Positions 16,611-26,033 of a stretch of 64,000 nt of DNA are shown here, piece by piece (positions within the stretch are counted from its first letter, which is position 1; every line of letters starts with the position of its first letter). Both the position numbers and the translations under genes were made by a program. The DNA lies in assembly GCA_041651035.1 (NCBI GenBank), contig JBAZKC010000001.1:259244-323243 (forward strand), read 5' to 3'. A model generated the notes under the pieces. It saw nothing but the letters and a program-made list of their open reading frames with translations, ran no database searches and was not told where the DNA came from. This DNA is from Candidatus Omnitrophota bacterium (lineage in GTDB: Bacteria; Omnitrophota; Gorgyraeia; Gygaellales; Profunditerraquicolaceae).

Positions 16611-16922
16611 TTAGAACTTCTTGCCGTGCCGGTATGGCCGGGTCTTATTGTATTCTATTTTTTTAAGGAGGGCGCCTTCCAGATCTATGTTCTTGGCGCC
16701 GCAATAATCAAATATACGGATACAACAATCCGCCAGCTCTTCGGCGATAGCCGCCTCCGCGTGGCGGTTGCGCATAGCCTCTAATGCCTCGGATAATTCC
16801 GAATGCATAAGCGCGATCAACTCTCCTTCGTTACGCTCTTCTTCCCACCAGCCTTTTTCTTTGGCGATACGGTGGCACTCTTTAATAAAATCATTTATTG
16901 ATTGCTTCTGCTGGGAGGGCAT
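16611..16922 (-). CDS. MazG-like nucleotide pyrophosphohydrolase domain protein
   Basis: 103 aa all-alpha protein with EGELIALMHSELSEALEA...EELADCCIRIFDY, matching the MazG EExxE/D metal-binding helices. Confidence 0.65.
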   Translation of the reverse strand: MPSQQKQSINDFIKECHRIAKEKGWWEEERNEGELIALMHSELSEALEAMRNRHAEAAIAEELADCCIRIFDYCGAKNIDLEGALLKKIEYNKTRPYRHGKKF

Positions 16923-17346
16923 CAGTTTTTCCTTTCTCTGTTTCCGTTTTTAATTCTTGGGCTAATGTGCTAAAAACAAGCTTGGATATATTCTCTTTCC
17001 CGTAAGTACTGGGGCTGGAGACTTCTATAAGAGTAATATCCTTGTTTTTCTCGGTTAAAAATATGCCTACAGGAGCAGTATCCTCATTAGAAAGATACAA
17101 CGCCAGCATATTCTTACTTAAATCATCCCTGTAAATATAGGAACCATTATTCTTTAAGATCGCCTTGATCTTATCGTGGCAGGCAACCAAGTTGCAGTTG
17201 AATTCTTTCTTTATAGCCCCAGAGCGGCCGTCTTCTAAAACCTTGGTAGAAACTCCCAAGATACCTTTACAGGCTTCTTTTGTAGCCGCGCATCCTAATA
17301 AAACAGCAGCTGCCAATAAAACAACGGATATTTTGAAATTATTCAT
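16891..17346 (-). CDS. hypothetical lipoprotein/secreted protein
   Basis: Signal peptide with an LLGCA lipobox. No recognisable domain. Co-oriented between the patatin gene and the MazG-like gene. Confidence 0.4.
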   Translation of the reverse strand: MNNFKISVVLLAAAVLLGCAATKEACKGILGVSTKVLEDGRSGAIKKEFNCNLVACHDKIKAILKNNGSYIYRDDLSKNMLALYLSNEDTAPVGIFLTEKNKDITLIEVSSPSTYGKENISKLVFSTLAQELKTETEKGKTDALPAEAINK

Positions 17347-17355
17347 CTTACCTCC

Positions 17356-19371
17356 TTATTCATTTATGATCTGCCAAATTTTATTTAGGTTCCGGCGCGC
17401 CTCTTCCTCTCCTCTTTTGGCGAATTCTTCGGCCTTATGCAATTCCAACCAATAAAGCCCCGAGGTATCCGGATGTAAAACAATATCCGCCAGCTGCCCT
17501 TCTTTTTGCGCCACTTCAGACTGCAGTATCTCAACACTGCTGAATATTATATCCAGTATATTCGTCTGAAAACTGTCCTTAAAATGCCTGCCCAGGTTAA
17601 ACCATCTTTTCTTTCCGGCGGCCTCCTGGACAGGAGTGGAGATCTTCTCTTTCATCTTCTCATATTGGCGGAGCACGTCTTCTCTGGAGGGCGTGACATT
17701 TACCGCGATGATTTTTTTTATGCCCGCCTTCCACAATGCTTCCGTAGGCAGTGGATTGATTATCCCGCCGTCAAAGAGCATCTCTTCTTTGAACTTAAAA
17801 GGCGAGAATACCCCCGGCATAGTACAGCTTGCCATAACCGCGTCCACCAATAGGCCCTTATCCAGCACCTTTGATTCTTTATGTTTAACGTCGCTGGCAA
17901 TGATCTTCAAGGGCATTTTTGTATCATAGAAAGTTTTATTGCCCAGGTATTTCTTCAACAGCCTACGCAGTTTAATGCCTTTGATAAATCCCAACTTGGG
18001 GAATGTCAGGTCTATAAGCCCCCAGATGTGTTTTGGTTCCCTGAATTCTTTAGTGATCTCCAGTATCTCTTGGCTTGACCTGCCGCTTGCCCAGAGGCTG
18101 GCGATAAGTGCTCCGACGCTGGAACCGGCAATAATATCTATGGGGATCTTTTCTTCCTCGATCACCTTTAATACGCCGATATGGCAAAACCCGTAGCCTA
18201 CGCCCACGCCTAATACCAAACCCACAAGGCTCTCGGTTAAATTCCGGACAATCCTCTTTATCGCCCTGGCATATTCAGAGTCCGGCTCATCCAAAACAAG
18301 CCTGTCAATAGCTCCAAAATCTATTCTAGGCAGAGTAGCAAATACTTTTTTGTCCAGCATCTGGACCTGTTCTTCATGCGTCAGTTTGGAGAATTTATAT
18401 TCATTGATAACTATCTTTATCTTATCCCCGCTGAAATTAAATTCTGTCTTAAGCCTCTCTATTAAATTATGCGTCCTTTTTAAATCCACTGGCTCGGGGC
18501 TGGTTAAGATATGTATAAGGTCCGACTGATTCAGTATGTTAAAAATAGGCCTGTCCATCAGGGAAGGCAGGTCCAGGATCAGGTAGTGGTAATCATTGAC
18601 TAACAGGCTTAAAATACCCAGTAATCTTCTTACGCAAGATTCATCCTCCTGGGTATAATGAAAACAAGCCAGGTCTACGCCGAACTTGCTCTTTACGATA
18701 AGATCTTTTATTACGCCCGGATTATCCGCCTCCGCGGAAGACAAGTCAAGAACGCCGGCTGCGGCGATCTCTAATTTCTGCGGCAGGCTATGGGCTTTAT
18801 CCTGAGGGACGATATCCAGGATAATTACCGACTTATGGGTTTCTTTCCGGATACTTAAAGCAAGATTAAGGGCATAGACGGTTTTACCCGCGGAGGAATA
18901 AGAACTGAACACGGAGACAACCGTGCTTTCAAAGATGGTCTTATGGTGCGTATCTTTGCGCTTAAGCCTGCGGGATAACGTCTGGCTTAAATCAATAGAC
19001 AGCCGGGGGATGCTCTTTAAAATAAAATCAAAGTCATCTTTCTTGATGCTTAAAAGCAGGCAGTCATTTAAGGCCTCGGCGGTTACTGAATGCGTTTCAT
19101 TGGTTAAAAGCGAAATGATCCCAAAGTACTTTCCCCGGTGCAGGTATTCTAAAATATTCCTGCTGCCATGTTGATCCTCGGTATATATTACCACCCTGCC
19201 TGAGACAAGCAGGTAAAAAGAGCTGGGCGGAGAACCTTCTTTATAGATGATCCCGCCTTTCTTATATTCCAGGATACTGGATCTTTCTCTTATAATATCG
19301 CGTTCCTCTATAGAAAGATCAGCGAATAAGGGTATCTCTTTTAATATTAGATCGCTGGTTATTAGTTCCAT
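17356..19371 (-). CDS. multidomain protein: N-terminal cyclic-nucleotide-binding domain, degenerate ParA/MinD-like middle domain, C-terminal patatin-like phospholipase
   Basis: Residues about 20-130 form a cNMP-binding/CAP-like region (FYLLVSGRV...GKYFGIISLL). Residues about 150-370 form a ParA-like fold with an altered Walker A (SSYSSAGKT). Residues about 385-560 carry the patatin GxGxxG (GVGVGYG), GxSxG (AGSSVGA) and DGG motifs. Confidence 0.7.
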   Translation of the reverse strand: MELITSDLILKEIPLFADLSIEERDIIRERSSILEYKKGGIIYKEGSPPSSFYLLVSGRVVIYTEDQHGSRNILEYLHRGKYFGIISLLTNETHSVTAEALNDCLLLSIKKDDFDFILKSIPRLSIDLSQTLSRRLKRKDTHHKTIFESTVVSVFSSYSSAGKTVYALNLALSIRKETHKSVIILDIVPQDKAHSLPQKLEIAAAGVLDLSSAEADNPGVIKDLIVKSKFGVDLACFHYTQEDESCVRRLLGILSLLVNDYHYLILDLPSLMDRPIFNILNQSDLIHILTSPEPVDLKRTHNLIERLKTEFNFSGDKIKIVINEYKFSKLTHEEQVQMLDKKVFATLPRIDFGAIDRLVLDEPDSEYARAIKRIVRNLTESLVGLVLGVGVGYGFCHIGVLKVIEEEKIPIDIIAGSSVGALIASLWASGRSSQEILEITKEFREPKHIWGLIDLTFPKLGFIKGIKLRRLLKKYLGNKTFYDTKMPLKIIASDVKHKESKVLDKGLLVDAVMASCTMPGVFSPFKFKEEMLFDGGIINPLPTEALWKAGIKKIIAVNVTPSREDVLRQYEKMKEKISTPVQEAAGKKRWFNLGRHFKDSFQTNILDIIFSSVEILQSEVAQKEGQLADIVLHPDTSGLYWLELHKAEEFAKRGEEEARRNLNKIWQIINE

Positions 19372-19373
19372 CT

Positions 19374-20603
19374 TTAACAGTTCTCATCAAGCGCTCCGGT
19401 CCTTAAGACCTCGGAGAATTTTCTGGCGCTTTCCCTTATAGAACGTTTATAGGTATGGTAATCTACCTCGATAAGGCCAAAACGGGGGCCAAAGCCCTTG
19501 TCCCATTCATAATTATCTATCAACGACCAGTAAATATACCCTAAAACCTTAACGCCTTTTTCCATCGCCAGGTGCATATTCTTTAAATGCTCGCGGATAA
19601 AATCCCATCTTAAGGAATCATCGTCAGTGCAGATGCCGTTTTCCAGGATAAATACGGGCAGGTTAAACCTTTTCAGCTCTAAGAGTAAATTATGCAGGCC
19701 CGGCGGGTATATATCCCAACCTAAAGAATTCTTTTTAAGCCGGCTGCAGCCATCCTGGCAAGTATCCAGCAGCAGGTTTTTAAGGCGCCAGCCCCCGGCG
19801 TCTATCAAGGAACGGCTATAATAATTTACGCCGATGAAATCAAGCGATCTATGGCTGGCCAGTTTGCTTATAAATTCAAGGTTGTATAATCTATCCCTTA
19901 AATAAACAGCGAGTTTGTTCTTCAGGTTACTCCTGCATGCCTGGAATTCCTGGATATTTTTGGCAATACTGACAAAAGGAGAAGGCAGCCCTTTTCGCGC
20001 GCAAGCCGCGTGTATGGACCTATAGGCCTTTATATGCGATATCATAAGCCTGTCTGTTACTATTCTGGCGTTCCGGAAAGACTTCTGCTGCGGCGGCCAG
20101 AAACCAAGGACATAGGCATGATACACATACACCATGGGTTCATTTATAGTTACCCAGAAACGCACCTTATCGCATAACGCGCCTACGACTACATTCACAT
20201 AACGCAAGAAATACTCGCTTGCCTTCTTATTGAGCCAGCCCCCTGACCGCGCGAACCACAGAGGAATGGTGAAATGATACAAAGTAACTATGGGCTCGAT
20301 ATTACGTTCTTTTAAAGAAATTATAACGTCCCGGTAATGGTCTAATTCTTTCTGGGAAAATTCGCCTTCCTTAGGCTCAATACGGCTCCATTCGATGGAT
20401 AAGCGGTGGGCATTGTGGCAGAGAAGTTTGGCTAGATCAAAATCTTCTTTATAAAGCTCGTAACTGCGGCAGGCCTGTCCGGATGATTCTTTTAAACCAG
20501 CCCTCTTCTCCCATTCCCACCAGTCGCTATTTATATTATTGCCCTCTACCTGATAGGAGGAAGTGGCCGCGCCCCAGAGAAAATCTCCTGGAAATTTAAT
20601 CAT
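19374..20603 (-). CDS. glycoside hydrolase family 1 beta-glucosidase
   Basis: N-terminal FPGDFLWGAATSSYQVEG, TLYHF and ILENG (catalytic nucleophile Glu) motifs. No SD sequence precedes the ATG. Confidence 0.85.
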   Translation of the reverse strand: MIKFPGDFLWGAATSSYQVEGNNINSDWWEWEKRAGLKESSGQACRSYELYKEDFDLAKLLCHNAHRLSIEWSRIEPKEGEFSQKELDHYRDVIISLKERNIEPIVTLYHFTIPLWFARSGGWLNKKASEYFLRYVNVVVGALCDKVRFWVTINEPMVYVYHAYVLGFWPPQQKSFRNARIVTDRLMISHIKAYRSIHAACARKGLPSPFVSIAKNIQEFQACRSNLKNKLAVYLRDRLYNLEFISKLASHRSLDFIGVNYYSRSLIDAGGWRLKNLLLDTCQDGCSRLKKNSLGWDIYPPGLHNLLLELKRFNLPVFILENGICTDDDSLRWDFIREHLKNMHLAMEKGVKVLGYIYWSLIDNYEWDKGFGPRFGLIEVDYHTYKRSIRESARKFSEVLRTGALDENC

Positions 20604-20628
20604 GGTTGCTATTATACCATCTTAAAAT

Positions 20629-20810
20629 AAAAAATCCCAACAAATAAATGTTGGGACTAACATAAAAAACAGCCGATAAAGGTCTTTGGGCTCATCATCC
20701 CTTTTACCTTTAACTTCGGTAACCCAGCCACCATGTCCCTGTTGTTATCCGGGATTTAGGTCTGTGGCTTTGCGCCCCCCGGTTTCCCGGGGTTTACCTT
20801 TATCGGCCTA
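20629..20810 (-). ncRNA. candidate structured RNA or leader with its own promoter and two intrinsic terminators
   Basis: On the minus strand, a 12-bp long-range stem (20807-20796 with 20683-20672) encloses about 110 nt that include a CCCCGG-GAAA-CCGGGG tetraloop hairpin. A UUUUUU run follows. A second hairpin (TCCCAACA/TGTTGGGA) follows, then another UUUUUU at 20634-20629. Confidence 0.35.
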
Positions 20811-20815
20811 TAGTA

Positions 20816-20844
20816 AGTATACAACAAGAATGCCTGTTTTTCAA
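20816..20844 (-). promoter_or_regulatory. sigma70-type promoter (TTGAAA-17-TATACT) driving the structured element
   Basis: -35 at 20844-20839 and -10 at 20821-20816 on the minus strand. The predicted start falls at the 5' arm of the long stem. Confidence 0.45.
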
Positions 20845-20856
20845 GGCTGCGTACTT

Positions 20857-21324
20857 TTATCTTTTAGCCGGAGCAGCTGGAATTGCTTTAGCAGTAAGAT
20901 GTTTGCTTAATAACGACCAGGTTTTAGGGCCGACTTTGCCGTCTACCTTAAGGCCGTTGTCCTTCTGGAATTCTTCAACCGCCTTCTTGGTTCCGGGGCC
21001 GATCTTTCCGTCAATAGAGCCGTTATATAAACCCGCGTTCTTAAGCGCTGTCTGGATCTCAATGGGAGTGGGTTTATAAGGCCCGGCTGGCGGAACTGGC
21101 TCAAGATTGGCCTTAGGGGCCGGGACAGAAACAGTTACTTGCGCGTCTTGGGCCTTTGGTTCAAGAGACTTGGCTTCGGGCACTGCCGGGACATTGGTGC
21201 TCATCACACTCATTGCTTCCATGGAAAGGGCATCCTGGGACTCTTCCATATTTGCTTTCTTTCCGCAACCTAAAATATAAAGGCCAAAAAACATTACCGT
21301 GGCGATCAATAAATATTTCTTCAT
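20857..21324 (-). CDS. lipoprotein with C-terminal peptidoglycan-binding (PG_binding_1-like) domain
   Basis: Signal peptide plus lipobox (ILGCG), a Pro/Ala-rich linker and a C-terminal IQTALKNAGLYNGSIDGKIGPGTKKAVEEFQKDNGLKVDGKVGPKTW peptidoglycan-binding repeat. Confidence 0.65.
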   Translation of the reverse strand: MKKYLLIATVMFFGLYILGCGKKANMEESQDALSMEAMSVMSTNVPAVPEAKSLEPKAQDAQVTVSVPAPKANLEPVPPAGPYKPTPIEIQTALKNAGLYNGSIDGKIGPGTKKAVEEFQKDNGLKVDGKVGPKTWSLLSKHLTAKAIPAAPAKR

Positions 21325-21446
21325 GACATTCTCCTTTGTTATAAGATTATTCCGGTTTTTTAAGAGATGATATTTAGCCTTTTCACCTCCTTACAGCTAT
21401 AATTGTAACAAAATGTTTTTAAAAATCAAATAAAAAACTTTATTTC

Positions 21447-21908
21447 TTACGAAGAAGGGGCGGGCAAAGAGAGCTTCTGTTTAACTAAATCACTGACTAA
21501 TCTCCCATCCGCTTTGCCGGCGATCTTTAACCCCGCCTCTTTCATAACTTTACCCATATCTTTTATCCCTGATGCCTGAGTGGCGATAACAGCTTCATCA
21601 ATTATTTTCTTTATTTCCTCAAGAGGGAGCTCCTGGGGCAGATACGCCTTTAATATTTGAAGCTCTCCTGCTTCTTTGTCCGCTAAGTCCTGGCGGTTCC
21701 CCTGCTTGAACTGCTCGATGGAGTCTTCACGCTGTTTTATCTGCTTTCTTATGACCGCTACGGCATCGCTGTCCTCAAGGTTATTTTTCTTTTTCGCCAG
21801 CGCTGTGTTCATAAATTCCGCGCGCAGGAAACTCAACACGGAACTCTTCAGCCCGTCCTTGCTCTTCATAGCTTCTTTATAATCATTAAAAATCTTCTCT
21901 TCCAGCAT
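21447..21908 (-). CDS. GatB/YqeY domain protein
   Basis: 153 aa protein with a YqeY-like helical sequence (LKAYLPQ...). Confidence 0.6.
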   Translation of the reverse strand: MLEEKIFNDYKEAMKSKDGLKSSVLSFLRAEFMNTALAKKKNNLEDSDAVAVIRKQIKQREDSIEQFKQGNRQDLADKEAGELQILKAYLPQELPLEEIKKIIDEAVIATQASGIKDMGKVMKEAGLKIAGKADGRLVSDLVKQKLSLPAPSS

Positions 21909-21931
21909 GATACTCCTCCTTATTTCTCCGG

Positions 21932-22831
21932 TCAGAATAAAATATATCCCTTGAATTCCGCTAACCTGTCTTTTATTTCTTTTAATTTCAACCTGCTGGT
22001 CCTGGCAGGGCCAAAACCCTCAATATTAAAAGAAGCGGCGATCGTCCCGTAGGCGAGCGCTTTCTTTATATTTACCGCGTTTATTTTTCCTGCCCTGGCT
22101 AAATACCCCATGAAACCGCCGGCGAAAGTATCGCCTGCGCCCGTAGGGTCAATGACCTTATCCGTAGGATAAGCGGGCAGGGAAAATATGAACTTATCGC
22201 CATAAAACAAAACACCGTGCTCGCCCTTCTTTATTAAGACCATCCTGGGGCCGCGGGCGCGCAGGCATTTAGCCGCTTTTATAAGATTGTGTTCTCCGGA
22301 CAGATCCCTGGCTTCCTGGTCATTAGCAACATAAATATCTACGCGCTTTAACAGGCGCAGGAGCGAACTACGCTTATTCTTTATCCAATAATTCATGCTG
22401 TCTAAACCCACCAGCGCCGGGGAACGCATTTTTTCCAGGAGATGCCTCTGTATATCGGGGTCAACATTAGCCAGGAATATATGCTTTATCTTCCTCTGTT
22501 CCTCTGAAATAAAAGGAGTAAAAACAGAAAGCACTCCTAATTCGGTATTCAAAGTAAAAGCGGTATTTAAATCCCCCTTATATTCGCCTTCCCATCTGAA
22601 CGTCTTGCCTTTACCCTGAATAAGCGAAGTCAGGTTTATCCCCTTTTGCCTTAAGAAACGGATGTGTTCCTGAGGGAAGTCTTTGCCGATGATAGCCACA
22701 AGATTAACGCTGGTAAATAAACGCGCGGCCATGGCAAAATGCACTGCCGAACCTCCCAGCATATGTTTCTTTTTGCCGAAAGGCGTCTTTACGGTATCTA
22801 AAGCGACTGTCCCTAAAACAACTATACTCAT
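21932..22831 (-). CDS. PfkB-family carbohydrate/nucleoside kinase
   Basis: Ribokinase-like fold with the C-terminal DPTGAGDTFAGGF anion-hole motif. Confidence 0.75.
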   Translation of the reverse strand: MSIVVLGTVALDTVKTPFGKKKHMLGGSAVHFAMAARLFTSVNLVAIIGKDFPQEHIRFLRQKGINLTSLIQGKGKTFRWEGEYKGDLNTAFTLNTELGVLSVFTPFISEEQRKIKHIFLANVDPDIQRHLLEKMRSPALVGLDSMNYWIKNKRSSLLRLLKRVDIYVANDQEARDLSGEHNLIKAAKCLRARGPRMVLIKKGEHGVLFYGDKFIFSLPAYPTDKVIDPTGAGDTFAGGFMGYLARAGKINAVNIKKALAYGTIAASFNIEGFGPARTSRLKLKEIKDRLAEFKGYILF

Positions 22832-22832
22832 T

Positions 22833-23318
22833 TTAAGACCCCTCTGATTTATGGTTTCTTAGATATTTTACAAAATAAAAACCCAGAACTGTCATAATAA
22901 TGGAAATTAATACGCTGCCGATGGCATCAATTATGTGATGCACGCCGGCATACACCCGGGAAAAACCTACAAATAACGTTAAAGCCCACAACAGCAGGCC
23001 TAGGCGCCGGCTAAAGATAAAGACTACCGCTGAAACAGCAGAAACTAATAAAACATGGTGGGAAGGAAAACCATTATTCGCTTCATGGGGAATTAAAGGC
23101 TTAAAACCTCCCAGGACAAACGGCCGGGGGCTATAATAGATATGGCTGGCCAATAGAGAAACAAGCAAAACCAGCGGCAGACAGGCGCAAAAAACAGCCA
23201 AAACTTCTTTTTGCCTCAGGCGGGGCTGGACCATTAACCAGGCAAAGGTAATAAGAATTACAGCCACGTGCGAATATTTAGCGCCAAAGATAAAAACCGG
23301 ATCAAAGATATTGTTCAT
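22833..23318 (-). CDS. PAP2-family phosphatase (membrane)
   Basis: PSHHV...SRVYAGVHHIID acid-phosphatase motifs in a protein with several TM segments. Confidence 0.7.
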   Translation of the reverse strand: MNNIFDPVFIFGAKYSHVAVILITFAWLMVQPRLRQKEVLAVFCACLPLVLLVSLLASHIYYSPRPFVLGGFKPLIPHEANNGFPSHHVLLVSAVSAVVFIFSRRLGLLLWALTLFVGFSRVYAGVHHIIDAIGSVLISIIMTVLGFYFVKYLRNHKSEGS

Positions 23319-23321
23319 AGC

Positions 23322-23948
23322 TTAACCGTGGTTCTCTAAGAATTTATTGAGGTCTTCCGGTAATGCCTTAGACAGCCGTATCGTTTTTCCCGTAACAGGA
23401 TGCCTGAATTCTAAATCCCGCGCGTGCAGGCAAAGCCTTTTAGCGCGCAGTTTAAAATCCTTGCGGAAGGCGTATTTCTCCTCTCCAACTATTGGGTGGC
23501 CTATTGTTTTAAGATGTATCCTTATCTGATTGGTGCGGCCGGTCAAAGGCATGACCTCTACGATACTAAAATCTTTTCTTCTTTGGAGGACTTTATATTT
23601 AGTTATTGCCGCCTGCCCTTCGATGGAACCCTGTATCTGGCCTTGATCAAGAGGCAGCACCCCTTGCGCGAAAGCAACGTAGGCCTTCTTTATTTTCTTT
23701 TGCCTGAACTCATCCATCATTTTCTTCTGGATGGACTTGCCTTTGGCGTAAATTATCAAACCCGAAGTCCCGCAATCAAGACGGTGGCAGGGATGCAGGC
23801 GGTAAGATACGCCCCTGCTTTCTAGATCTTCATTGAGGATGCTCGTGAGCGTGCGTTTTTCGTTCCTGGGCGTAGGTATCACCAGAAGCCCTGAAGGTTT
23901 ATCTAACACCATCAGCCAATCATCCTCGTAGACTACCGGGATATTCAT
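23322..23948 (-). CDS. RluA-family pseudouridine synthase
   Basis: HRLDCGTSGLIIYAK catalytic Asp motif. Confidence 0.8.
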   Translation of the reverse strand: MNIPVVYEDDWLMVLDKPSGLLVIPTPRNEKRTLTSILNEDLESRGVSYRLHPCHRLDCGTSGLIIYAKGKSIQKKMMDEFRQKKIKKAYVAFAQGVLPLDQGQIQGSIEGQAAITKYKVLQRRKDFSIVEVMPLTGRTNQIRIHLKTIGHPIVGEEKYAFRKDFKLRAKRLCLHARDLEFRHPVTGKTIRLSKALPEDLNKFLENHG

Positions 23949-24865
23949 CAGATTATCTCAAACATCCTGTCTATCGCCTTTTTAGCCTGCAGGCGTATGT
24001 TATCAGGGACCTTCACTTCTTCTTTCATCTCCTCCAGGGCCCAGAATATCTTTTCCTGGGTAGTGCGTTTCATATTCGGGCATACTGCCCGTTCCGAAGC
24101 GGGATAAAATTCCTTAGTGGGGTTATCTTCTTTAAGGCGGTAGATCAGGCCGACTTCCGTAGCTACAATCAATTCTTTTGCCTCGGTTTCCCTGGCAAAT
24201 TTTACCATCTGGCTCGTAGAAAGCACCGCGTCAGCTAAAGCTGAAACCTGCGGCAGGCACTCCGGATGAGCCATGACCTTGGCAAAAGGATGGAATTTCT
24301 TTTCTCTTTTTACGTCTTCGGGCAATATATTGACGTGCGTGGGACAATGGCCCTTCCAGGATATGAGTTTTCTGCCGGTCTGCCTGGATACATAATCAGC
24401 AAGGTATTTATCAGGCACAAATATAATTTCTTTTTCGTTTTTTAAGGCATTGACCACCGCTATAGCGTTTGTAGAAGTGCAGCAATAGTCTAATTCCGCT
24501 TTTACCTCCGCGGAAGTATTCACGTAACCCACCACCACCGCTCCGGGATGCTCTTTTTTTAATTTCTTTAGATCCTCGGCAGTGATCATATTGGCCATGG
24601 GGCAGGCGGCTAACATATCCGGCATGATCACCCGCTTTTCAGGGCAGAGAATAGAAGCTGTCTCAGCCATAAAATGCACACCGCAGAAAATAATCACCTT
24701 GGCATCAGTTTTCGCGGCCATCCTGCTTAATTCCAGGGAATCACCCCGGAAATCCGCCACATCCTGGACTTCAGGAAGCTGGTAATTATGGACCAAGATA
24801 ATAGCATCGCGCTTTTTCTTTAATGCCCTGATCTTTTCTTCTAACTCTTTAAATCCCTTAGCCAT
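23948..24865 (-). CDS. nadA: quinolinate synthase
   Basis: 305 aa ORF with NadA-type sequence throughout (ILVHNYQ...FMAET...). Confidence 0.85.
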   Translation of the reverse strand: MAKGFKELEEKIRALKKKRDAIILVHNYQLPEVQDVADFRGDSLELSRMAAKTDAKVIIFCGVHFMAETASILCPEKRVIMPDMLAACPMANMITAEDLKKLKKEHPGAVVVGYVNTSAEVKAELDYCCTSTNAIAVVNALKNEKEIIFVPDKYLADYVSRQTGRKLISWKGHCPTHVNILPEDVKREKKFHPFAKVMAHPECLPQVSALADAVLSTSQMVKFARETEAKELIVATEVGLIYRLKEDNPTKEFYPASERAVCPNMKRTTQEKIFWALEEMKEEVKVPDNIRLQAKKAIDRMFEII

Positions 24866-24866
24866 T

Positions 24867-25943
24867 TTAAATTAACACCTCGTCAATGATGCCTCCGCCG
24901 ATAACTATGCCTTTATTATAGAGCACCGCCGATTGGCCGGGGGTTATCGCGAACTGCGGTTTCCTGAATTTGATCTTTAGCTTATTTTTAACGGGAATGG
25001 CATCTGCTAAATCTTCTTTATGATTATACCTTATCTTTACTCTAAGGACAACTTTCTTTTTTAAGGGTTCCTGGATAAAATGCGGCTCATTTATTAAAAA
25101 TACCGTTCCTGAGGCATCCTCTTTTTTACCGGCAGTTATCCGGTTTTGCCGTGAGTCTATCTTATTTATATACAAAGGATAGCCTCTGGCGATGCCTAAA
25201 CCCTCGCGCTGGCCGATAGTATAAAAAGCGATACCTTTATGCCGGCCTAAAATATTACCTTCTTTATCTACGACCAGGCCGGGTTTTATGCCCTGTTTGA
25301 TCTGTTGGCTAAGAAACTCCCGATAATCACCTTTAGGCAAAAAGCATATCTCCTGGCTGTCTAATTTATCCGCCACAGGCAAGTTGAATCCTCTGGCTAA
25401 TTCCCTTACTTCTTTCTTGGTATAATCGCCCAAAGGAAAAAGTATATGCTTAAGCTGGCTAGCGCCCAGCCGGTATAAGAAATAAGACTGGTCCTTAAAT
25501 AGATCTTTGGCTTTCTTAAGTTGATACCCCTGCCTTGCCTTAACGATCCTGGCATAATGGCCGGTAGCCAGGAATCCCGCGCCTAAGGCAAGCGCTTTTT
25601 TTAAAAGCAGGCCAAATTTTATAAATTGATTGCAGCGCACGCAGGGGTTAGGGGTCCTGCCCCTGGCATATTCATCGCAGAAATCCTTAATGACACGCTC
25701 CTTAAGGATCTTTTGCATGTTCAAGACATAATGCTTGATGCCTAATTTATGCGCTACTCTCCGGGCATCTTCTATCCCCTGGATCCCGCAGCAAGCCGGC
25801 CTTTTCCCCGCGGTATCACTGAGGCCAAAACACATAGTTATCCCGACGACCTCATAACCCTGTTTTTTTAATAAAGCGGCAGCTACCGAGGAATCTACGC
25901 CGCCGCTCATGGCCACAACTACGCGTTCTTTTTTCATTATCAT
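24867..25943 (-). CDS. mnmA: tRNA 2-thiouridine(34) synthase
   Basis: PP-loop AMSGGVDSSVAA, a catalytic Cys and the MnmA C-terminal beta-barrel region. Confidence 0.85.
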   Translation of the reverse strand: MIMKKERVVVAMSGGVDSSVAAALLKKQGYEVVGITMCFGLSDTAGKRPACCGIQGIEDARRVAHKLGIKHYVLNMQKILKERVIKDFCDEYARGRTPNPCVRCNQFIKFGLLLKKALALGAGFLATGHYARIVKARQGYQLKKAKDLFKDQSYFLYRLGASQLKHILFPLGDYTKKEVRELARGFNLPVADKLDSQEICFLPKGDYREFLSQQIKQGIKPGLVVDKEGNILGRHKGIAFYTIGQREGLGIARGYPLYINKIDSRQNRITAGKKEDASGTVFLINEPHFIQEPLKKKVVLRVKIRYNHKEDLADAIPVKNKLKIKFRKPQFAITPGQSAVLYNKGIVIGGGIIDEVLI

Positions 25944-26033
25944 AAGTAAATAACTTAAAACCTCGCTTCCATTATAGCAGTGAATTTATTGAACTAAAGA
26001 AAAATATATCGTGCCTGTGGATAAAAGGAGTTT

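Noticed and set aside
17356-19371. Calling the cNMP-patatin gene a CBASS/Pycsar-type defence effector
   Set aside because: No oligonucleotide cyclase, SAVED/CARF domain, TIR domain or other defence gene is adjacent. It is kept only as an interesting sensor-lipase, not as a defence system.
20629-20810. Identification of the structured element as SRP (4.5S) RNA or 6S RNA
   Set aside because: I looked for the SRP domain IV consensus (GGUCCGGAAGGAAGCAGCC-like) and a centrally placed apical loop and did not find them. The GAAA hairpin is 5'-proximal, not central. Only the generic candidate ncRNA/leader call is kept.
20686-20910. 74-aa plus-strand ORF in the GH1 upstream region
   Set aside because: It sits inside a promoter, stem and terminator arrangement on the opposite strand. 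Its Pro/Cys/Ser-rich translation has no family resemblance.
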